Source: Gammaproteobacteria bacterium
GTDB lineage: Bacteria; Pseudomonadota; Gammaproteobacteria; Eutrophobiales; Eutrophobiaceae
Direction: 5' to 3'
Length of the DNA: 54,275 nt
Assembly (NCBI GenBank): GCA_003645215.1
Contig: QNEM01000001.1
Coordinates: 1 to 54,275 of the forward strand
The position numbers and the translations under genes are program-made. Shown here piece by piece: positions 10,555 to 16,720 of this stretch. The notes under the pieces were generated by a model, which did no database searches, was not told where the DNA came from, and saw only the letters and a list, made by a program, of their open reading frames with translations. Position 1 is the first letter of the stretch; each line of letters begins with the position of its first letter.

Positions 10555-11355
10555 TTAATCTTTTGATCTGACATCCATTTTATCTCGTAATGAATCGCCG
10601 AGTAAGTTAATAGATAATACCACCAGCAGGATTGCCATGCCGGGAGCCAAAACCATATGTGGCGCAACCAGCATAAACCGTGCGCCATCTCTAATCATAC
10701 TGCCCCATGATGGATCTGGTGCCTGTACACCCAGTCCCAGAAACGACAACCCGGCTTCTGCAATCACGGTTCCGGCAATGGCAAAGGTTGCTTCAATAAC
10801 TAACGGTGCCATTATCAACGGTAAAATATGATGTATCGCAATACCTGCGGTGTCAGTGCCCAGGGCTTGTGCCGCTGTCACATGTTCGCGATGTTTAACG
10901 GTCAATGTCTGTGCCCTGGCCAATCTGGCAAAGCCTACCCAACCGACAACAGACAAGGCCACCACTGCATTCATAATACCCGGGCCCATCAATCCAGAAA
11001 GCGCGATGGCCAATAGTATTCCCGGAAATGCGATAAAGATATCAATCACAAGCACCGTTGCCTTGTCCCACCATCCGCCAAACCAGGCAGCCATCACACC
11101 AACAGTGGTGCCTATGACAAATGAAATTGAAACAACACACATCGCCACCAGAAATGATGTTCTACCACCCAGGATCAAACGCTGTGCAATGGATCGTCCC
11201 AGGTCGTCATAACCCAACCAGGCGTGAAACTCAGGGGGAAGCAGTATTTTATTCAACATTATTGCATCAGGCTGCAACGGTAATATCCCTGCAAACAGTG
11301 CCACCAGGAACCATGCCGTAATAATCAGAGAGGAAAATGAGAATCGAATGGCCAT
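10555..11355 (-). CDS. ABC transporter permease, DppC/OppC type
   Basis: 266 aa, about 6 TM helices, with the EAA-loop region AAQALGTDTAGIAIHHILPLIMAPLV typical of peptide/nickel-family permeases. Confidence 0.85.
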   Translation of the reverse strand: MAIRFSFSSLIITAWFLVALFAGILPLQPDAIMLNKILLPPEFHAWLGYDDLGRSIAQRLILGGRTSFLVAMCVVSISFVIGTTVGVMAAWFGGWWDKATVLVIDIFIAFPGILLAIALSGLMGPGIMNAVVALSVVGWVGFARLARAQTLTVKHREHVTAAQALGTDTAGIAIHHILPLIMAPLVIEATFAIAGTVIAEAGLSFLGLGVQAPDPSWGSMIRDGARFMLVAPHMVLAPGMAILLVVLSINLLGDSLRDKMDVRSKD

Positions 11356-11365
11356 GAACGTTTAT

Positions 11366-12289
11366 CTACTCAGTCAAACTGATACGAGGATCTAGCCATG
11401 CATAAGCCAGATCGGTTAAGAGATTTACCACGACGTAACACAGGCTAATCAATAACACGCAAGACTGAATGACAGGGTAATCTCTTTTCTGAATGGCATC
11501 GATAGTGAGCTGCCCAATCCCGGGCCAGGAAAAAACTGTTTCTGTGATCACTGCACCGGCAAGCAAGGCACCTAGTTGCATTCCCAGAATAGTCACAACA
11601 GGCAAGGCTGCATTCTTTAGAGCATGTTTCCAGATGACTGTTGATGGTAACAAGCCTCTGGCATTGGCTGCACGAATATAATCTTCGTTAAGTACTTCCA
11701 GTAATGAGGCACGAATCATACGAGACAGGATTGCAGCCAGGGCAGTACCCAGTGTTAATGCAGGCAGAACCAGTGACAGGAATTGATCATTACCACTGAC
11801 CGGGAACCAGCCTAGCCATAGGGAAAACACCAGGATGAGCATCGGCCCCATCCAGAAGTTGGGGATGGCAACACCTAGCATGGAAAATGTCATCGCAGTT
11901 CTGTCCCAGATACTGCCCTTGCGAACCGCGGCAAGCATACCCAGAGGTAATGCAATCATGAGTGCAATGAGAATACTCGTGCCTGCTAATAGAGATGTAG
12001 CAGGAATACGTTCAGTCAAAACATCAATAACAGGCCTTTTCGTATGCAGAGATGTACCTAGATCAAGATGTATCAGGCCATTGATATAATTTACCCACTG
12101 CGTTGATAAAGGTAGATTCAAGCCCAGGGTTTCACGTAAAGCCTCCCTGTCAGCGGCCTGGGCAGATTCCCCAAGCATCACCTCTACCGGATCGCCTGGC
12201 ACAATATGGATCAACATAAAGACAATTGTCATTACACCGAAGACAACAATCAGTGCAGTAATCAATCTTGCACCCAGATAATTCAACAT
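11366..12289 (-). CDS. ABC transporter permease, DppB/OppB type
   Basis: MLNYLGARLITALIVVFGVMTIVFMLIHIVPGDPV is the classic DppB N-terminus, with EDYIRAANARGL in the EAA loop. I moved the start to ATG 12289 because the track start 12325 is a TTG inside the MITE terminal repeat. Confidence 0.85.
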   Translation of the reverse strand: MLNYLGARLITALIVVFGVMTIVFMLIHIVPGDPVEVMLGESAQAADREALRETLGLNLPLSTQWVNYINGLIHLDLGTSLHTKRPVIDVLTERIPATSLLAGTSILIALMIALPLGMLAAVRKGSIWDRTAMTFSMLGVAIPNFWMGPMLILVFSLWLGWFPVSGNDQFLSLVLPALTLGTALAAILSRMIRASLLEVLNEDYIRAANARGLLPSTVIWKHALKNAALPVVTILGMQLGALLAGAVITETVFSWPGIGQLTIDAIQKRDYPVIQSCVLLISLCYVVVNLLTDLAYAWLDPRISLTE

Positions 12290-12300
12290 AATTGGTATAT

Positions 12301-12564
12301 ATACCCAAACTACTTGGAAATGCAAGATTCAGAGTTCAGTCAGGAAGTCAGAGTAAGGCGCAACTCGCAGTGAATGACTGGTCCTTCATAAGTGTTGCAA
12401 CGCGGCACTGGCTTGTTGACTGAGCTCCCGCAGGGCAAGATAAAAAGCAGCCATCTTCTTCGTTATAAAACCTTGAACTAGAATGACTAGTTCTTCGACT
12501 TTATGCCTTGAATATAACTACTTTTTATCTTGCTGAAACCTGCATTTCCAAGTAGTTTGGGTAT
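12301..12564 (+). mobile_element. 264-bp non-coding MITE-like element, family A, copy 1
   Basis: Terminal inverted repeats ATACCCAAACTACTTGGAAATGCA (12301..12324) and its reverse complement (12541..12564). No plausible ORF. A second full copy lies at 30005..30268 in inverse orientation. Confidence 0.7.
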
Positions 12565-12691
12565 AAGTCTCATTTTTCTGATCTCATCGACCACTCCAGC
12601 ATAAAATCATATAATCTAGAGCAGTGTAGCTAATAATAAAAATGAGTATAAAGGATTCTCCCGATAAGGGTTAAAACCAAGGGTTAAGAAC

Positions 12692-13177
12692 ATGAGTGAA
12701 AATACATTAGACGATACCGGTAGAAACATCATGAGTTTCTTTGTCAGGATATTAGGCTTTTTTCTCCTGCTCGCAGGCCTTTGGGTCGCCCTTATGGTTT
12801 TATTAACGGCACATGATTTGTATGAGCATCCTGAAAATATTGAACGCTTTGCGGTCGCCATCGAGAAAGGCTCAAATATTGATAAAACACTGGCACCAAT
12901 CAGAGACAGTCTGATCGCCGAAAGTGATTCAGAAAATAACTCCGGGAATGGTGTCCAACATTATGGTGAAACCGGACAAAGGCCTGCCACCACAGGCACT
13001 GGAAACATTCGCGTCTCTTATTTCTTTGCCTGGGTGATTGTCTTGTTGTTGTTAATGTTGATTGCCAGGATTTCACTGACGGCCATTAAAACAGGCGGAG
13101 AACTTGTTCTTTTCGATATGCAAATCAAGCAATTTGCCCGAATGCTGGCAAAGGAATCAAATAAATTAAGAGACTGA
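12692..13177 (+). CDS. Hypothetical membrane protein (two predicted TM helices)
   Basis: 161-aa ORF with hydrophobic stretches FFVRILGFFLLLAGLWVALMVLL and YFFAWVIVLLLLMLIARISL. I recognise no family. Confidence 0.5.
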   Translation: MSENTLDDTGRNIMSFFVRILGFFLLLAGLWVALMVLLTAHDLYEHPENIERFAVAIEKGSNIDKTLAPIRDSLIAESDSENNSGNGVQHYGETGQRPATTGTGNIRVSYFFAWVIVLLLLMLIARISLTAIKTGGELVLFDMQIKQFARMLAKESNKLRD

Positions 13178-13203
13178 TTCAGGTGTCCCTGATTTAATTA
13201 AGC

Positions 13204-13659
13204 TCAGCTTGATGATTCATAGGCATCAAGCCATTCGTAAAAATCAAGTTCTTCATTGATTTCCGGGTCTTCGTATAAATCCAGACCTTCAAACGTAGAA
13301 ACCAGTCTTTGAATTTCCTGTGCCTGGTTTTCCTGTGCAAGCTCTTTCTGAACTTGCTCTACTTGAACAAGGCTTTGTCCATCTGTTGCTACTGGTGTCA
13401 CCTGCATGAAACTGTAAACAACTACCGCGAGACAGGCGGTTGCAATTGCACCCACAGAGATATATGTCCCGGGAAAAAACATCCAGCTAAAGTTCTTTTT
13501 CGTATTCTTAGGCGATGTCTGATCAGCTTGCAGGGCCTGATGACGTGCCTGGGTAATCGCAGATAAATCTCGTGCGTTGATATTATCCACACTTTCATTC
13601 AATCCTGATTTAATAGAATCGACGATCTGTTGATCTTTATCTTGCATAGTCATAACCAT
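13204..13659 (-). CDS. Single-pass membrane protein, candidate anti-sigma / DUF3619-like partner of the ECF sigma factor
   Basis: 151 aa. It overlaps the sigma gene stop by 10 nt. It has an N-terminal segment ...LSAITQARHQALQ..., one TM helix (GTYISVGAIATACLAVVVYSF) and an acidic C-terminus. The DUF3619 resemblance is from memory. Confidence 0.5.
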   Translation of the reverse strand: MVMTMQDKDQQIVDSIKSGLNESVDNINARDLSAITQARHQALQADQTSPKNTKKNFSWMFFPGTYISVGAIATACLAVVVYSFMQVTPVATDGQSLVQVEQVQKELAQENQAQEIQRLVSTFEGLDLYEDPEINEELDFYEWLDAYESSS

Positions 13660-14192
13660 TCATCTCCAAGCTTCTCACGTAAAACATGCACTGCCCTCGA
13701 ATAATGTGTCTTCACACTGCCATCCGAACATTTCATTATTTGCGCTGTTTGCTTCACATCATATCCCTCCAGCGTTCTCAACAGGAAAGCCTGTTGCTGA
13801 CGCAAGGGCAAACCTCGAATTACACTGTCAAGCATAGCAACGCGTCTGCCCGAGTGTGCTTCCTGTTCAGGTGTCTTGCCATATGCATCCTTCACATTCT
13901 GAATTGGATCTACATTCTCATCATCATGATGATGGCGGCCAAACCATCCAAGTACCCTTTCTCTCACTGCTTTTCGTCGGTACCAGTCAACGATCATCCT
14001 TTGCAGGATAGTATGAAACAAAGGGCCCCATTCTTCCGGGCTTCTGGAGGCATATTTATCCACCAGTTTACACATAGCATCCTGCAGGATATCCAGTGCA
14101 TCATCCCTGTTTCCTGTCGAGATCTCAGCGATTCGAAAAGCACGCTTTTCTACCTCAGCAAAAAATCCTTCTAATTCAAGATTCCGCTCCAG
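13650..14192 (-). CDS. ECF-type RNA polymerase sigma-70 family factor; start codon uncertain (probably non-canonical)
   Basis: Region 4 is LPLRQQQAFLLRTLEGYDVKQTAQIMKCSDGSVKTHYSRAVHVLREKL. In-frame sequence upstream of the track ATG (14075) reads LERNLELEGFFAEVEKRAFRIAEISTGNRDDALDILQDAM, which is sigma region 2. The ORF is therefore extended to CTG 14192, preceded by GGGAGAGG. Confidence 0.75.
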   Translation of the reverse strand: MERNLELEGFFAEVEKRAFRIAEISTGNRDDALDILQDAMCKLVDKYASRSPEEWGPLFHTILQRMIVDWYRRKAVRERVLGWFGRHHHDDENVDPIQNVKDAYGKTPEQEAHSGRRVAMLDSVIRGLPLRQQQAFLLRTLEGYDVKQTAQIMKCSDGSVKTHYSRAVHVLREKLGDEWL

Positions 14193-14252
14193 CGTGCCTC
14201 TCCCAATTTACTCGCCTGATTTTACTGGCTTAAAATTATTCGTGTGCTTTTA

Positions 14253-14960
14253 TTATTCACCACCACGTCGATCACCATATCTTTCCTTTCGCCTTTCCTT
14301 TCGCCTTTCCTTCCGCTCTTTCATGTGCAACATAAATTCTTCTTTTTCTTCAGGAGACATATCTTTTGTTTTCTCTGCAATGCGTGCTTCTCTGAAGGCC
14401 TTTCTTTCTTCCGGTGTCATATCTTTTATCTTGTCACGCATCTCCTTGCGTTTATTCATACGTGCCCGAAATTTCTCCTCCTCTTCTGGAGACATGTCTT
14501 TCATTCTATCGGCCATCCTCTCTTCTCTGAAGGCCTTTCTTTCCTCTGCTGTCATATTCTTTACTTTTTCACGCATTTGTTTGTGTTCTTGCTTACGCGC
14601 TTGCTTGAATGCTTCTCTTTCTTCCGGGCTCATATTCTTTAATTTTTCATGCCTCTGTTTGCGTTTTTCTATACGTGCCTTAAATTTCTCTTGCTGTTCT
14701 GGTGACATATCCTTCATCTTTTCACCAATACGTTTTTCTCTAAATGCCTTTCTCTCTTCAGGAGTCATATCTTTGGTCTTCTCACGCATTTCCCTACGAA
14801 GTTTTCTACGTTCTGTCCTTTGTTCATCTGTCAATTTACTGTGTCGCTCTCCCCCGACCTGGTTCGAATTTTCAGTCTGATCTTCAGCAAGGGCAGGCAA
14901 TGCAATCAGGCCAATAATCAAACCTGCTGCTAACTGTGTTATTAATATCCTAATTTTCAT
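14253..14960 (-). CDS. Exported lysine/glutamate-rich repeat protein with eight M(S/T)PEE motifs (LTXXQ/Spy-CpxP-like or DUF3106-like)
   Basis: Start moved to ATG 14960 (GGAG 7 nt upstream). The signal peptide is MKIRILITQLAAGLIIGLIALPALA|EDQ. The rest is 20-26-aa helical repeats such as MTPEERKAFREKRIGEKMKD and MSPEQQEKFKARIEKRKQRHEKLKN. Confidence 0.7.
   Translation of the reverse strand: MKIRILITQLAAGLIIGLIALPALAEDQTENSNQVGGERHSKLTDEQRTERRKLRREMREKTKDMTPEERKAFREKRIGEKMKDMSPEQQEKFKARIEKRKQRHEKLKNMSPEEREAFKQARKQEHKQMREKVKNMTAEERKAFREERMADRMKDMSPEEEEKFRARMNKRKEMRDKIKDMTPEERKAFREARIAEKTKDMSPEEKEEFMLHMKERKERRKERRKERYGDRRGGE
14256..14834 (-). repeat. In-frame tandem coding repeats (60-78 nt units) inside the repeat-protein gene
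   Basis: For example, TTCTCTGAAGGCCTTTCTTTC recurs at about 14388 and 14523. The repeats generate spurious long antisense ORFs on the + strand. Confidence 0.85.
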
Positions 14961-15121
14961 ATTATTCTCCAGTACATTAATTGAACTATAACAAGCAATA
15001 ACGCAGCAACACCGAAATGGTTGACAAGATTTGGTGAAAAGACTCAAAAAAGCTTACTATCCTTAAACGTTCACGATGCTCAGGGGTTTCACTATCTTAA
15101 AATCAGGCATTAACAGACAGT

Positions 15122-16084
15122 ATGATTTTTAATCTGCCGCAATTGGGCTGGAAGCCCTGTTTCCAGCAACAAATCAGTGCAGATGAAGAAAACACGAGTT
15201 ACCCCGCCCGCATCGCAAAAATTCACCGCAGCCACTGTATAGTCTGGAGCAATAAAGGAATTGAAACCTTTGAGATAGGCGTATTCAGTGAACCAAAAAA
15301 TATGGCGGTTGGTGACTGGATACTGATACCCAATGAAGGTGAACGCCCCTTGCGCATATTTGAACGCGAAACTGTCCTTATCCGTAAAGCAGCAGGGCAA
15401 CGGAAACATGATCAACTGATCGCTGCCAATGTTGATACCCTGTTTATTGTTACCTCCTGTAACCAGGACTTTAATGCCTCGCGTATCGAACGCTATCTGG
15501 CACTGGCCGCGGAAGCCAGAATTAAACCCGTCATTATTCTGACGAAAATGGATCTAACTGATGACAGTGCCTCATATAGAAATGAGGCATTGAAATTACA
15601 AAATGACGTGCATGTTGAATGTGTCAACGCCAAAGACAAATCAAGTTTGACTGGCCTGAAAACACTTTGTTCTGAAGGCCATACCATCGCACTGGTCGGT
15701 TCATCCGGTACCGGCAAATCTACATTGATCAATAATCTAACAGATGCTGATCAATTGACGGCAGAAATCAGTGAAGAAGATGGCAAAGGCAAACACACAA
15801 CTACCTCAAGATCACTACATCTATTGCAGGACGGCGGTATCCTCATCGACACGCCGGGAATAAGAGAATTACAACTTGCCGAGAGTAAAACAGGAATAGA
15901 AGATACTTTTGAAGATGTTACCCGGTTTCTCGGCTACTGCAAATTCAAAAACTGCCAACACGATACGGAGATGGGCTGTGCAATCAAGACGGCCCTGGAT
16001 AATGGCGAACTCGATCAACGTCGCTGGCTAAGTTATCAAAAATTACAAACTGAACAAGAACATCGAAATTCATTTAAAAGGTAA
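15122..16084 (+). CDS. rsgA: Ribosome small-subunit-dependent GTPase A (circularly permuted GTPase RsgA/YjeQ family)
   Basis: 320 aa. The G motifs are in permuted order: LTKMDL (G4), GSSGTGKSTLINNL (G1), DTPG (G3). C-terminal zinc knuckle CKFKNCQHDTEMGC. Confidence 0.85.
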   Translation: MIFNLPQLGWKPCFQQQISADEENTSYPARIAKIHRSHCIVWSNKGIETFEIGVFSEPKNMAVGDWILIPNEGERPLRIFERETVLIRKAAGQRKHDQLIAANVDTLFIVTSCNQDFNASRIERYLALAAEARIKPVIILTKMDLTDDSASYRNEALKLQNDVHVECVNAKDKSSLTGLKTLCSEGHTIALVGSSGTGKSTLINNLTDADQLTAEISEEDGKGKHTTTSRSLHLLQDGGILIDTPGIRELQLAESKTGIEDTFEDVTRFLGYCKFKNCQHDTEMGCAIKTALDNGELDQRRWLSYQKLQTEQEHRNSFKR

Positions 16085-16166
16085 TCTGAAGCGATCTGGA
16101 ATCCAGTTCACAGAAAAATAGCCTGTTGTAAACTAGAATTGTCAGGTTAGGGATCTATTTATACGA

Positions 16167-16194
16167 AATACTTATTAATAAATACTTATTAATA
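16167..16194. repeat. Perfect tandem duplication of a 14-bp unit AATACTTATTAATA
   Basis: 16167..16180 equals 16181..16194. It lies 33 nt upstream of the pseudopilin start. Confidence 0.9.
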
Positions 16195-16226
16195 ACATAT
16201 ACTAACCATAAAAATGTAGAAATAGC

Positions 16227-16700
16227 TTGAATAATATTACAGTAAACAAAGTACAGTACAACAAGGCGTTCACCTTTTTAGAGTTCGCCGTCGTGCTAGT
16301 GGTTGTAAGTTTGCTGGTTGCGGTAACGATACCCGCAATGATCAAGTTGGGAAATTCAGCAAGATCAACAACGACAGAAGATCAGCTGGTAGATATTCAA
16401 ACTGATATTGACGATTACTTCGATGATAATGGTTTTTATCCGGATTCACTTGATGAAATTTATAATCCGATCCCGAACGATCCCTGGGGCAACCCTATTC
16501 AATTTCTTAATCATGCAACATCGCATGGCAAAGGCAAATGGAGAAAGGACAAGAACCTGGTGCCTATCAACTCGGACTACGATCTTTATAGTAAAGGTCC
16601 TGATGGGAAATCAACATCACCATTAACGTCTGCACTCAGCCAGGATGATATTGTCAGGGGGAGGAATGGTGCATATATAGGATTAGCACTATACTACTGA
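16227..16700 (+). CDS. GspG-like pseudopilin / type IV pilin-fold protein (orphan)
   Basis: N-terminal FTFLEFAVVLVVVSLLVAV (Glu at +5) and a GspG-like C-terminal DPWGNPIQF...YDLYSKGPDGKS. TTG start. No other T2SS or T4P genes are nearby. Confidence 0.7.
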   Translation: MNNITVNKVQYNKAFTFLEFAVVLVVVSLLVAVTIPAMIKLGNSARSTTTEDQLVDIQTDIDDYFDDNGFYPDSLDEIYNPIPNDPWGNPIQFLNHATSHGKGKWRKDKNLVPINSDYDLYSKGPDGKSTSPLTSALSQDDIVRGRNGAYIGLALYY

Positions 16701-16720
16701 TCAAAAATGATCAAAGAAAA

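Noticed and set aside
12290-12325. N-terminal extension MHFQVVWVYIPI of the DppB-like permease
   Set aside because: It starts at a TTG inside the MITE terminal repeat. The canonical permease N-terminus begins at ATG 12289.
13650-14075. ATG-initiated 141-aa version of the sigma factor
   Set aside because: It would lack sigma region 2, which is clearly encoded in frame upstream. I extended it to a non-canonical start instead (see findings).
14256-14834. Regularly spaced DNA repeats that could be mistaken for a CRISPR array or a non-coding tandem array
   Set aside because: The repeats are in frame within a signal-peptide-bearing ORF. Unit lengths are 60-78 nt with no unique spacers, and no cas genes are present.
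14194-14880. Long + strand ORFs (228 aa and 132 aa) rich in Ser/Phe/Leu/Cys
   Set aside because: They are antisense to the K/E-rich repeat gene. The purine-rich repeats on the coding strand leave the complementary strand stop-free. There is no RBS or family resemblance.
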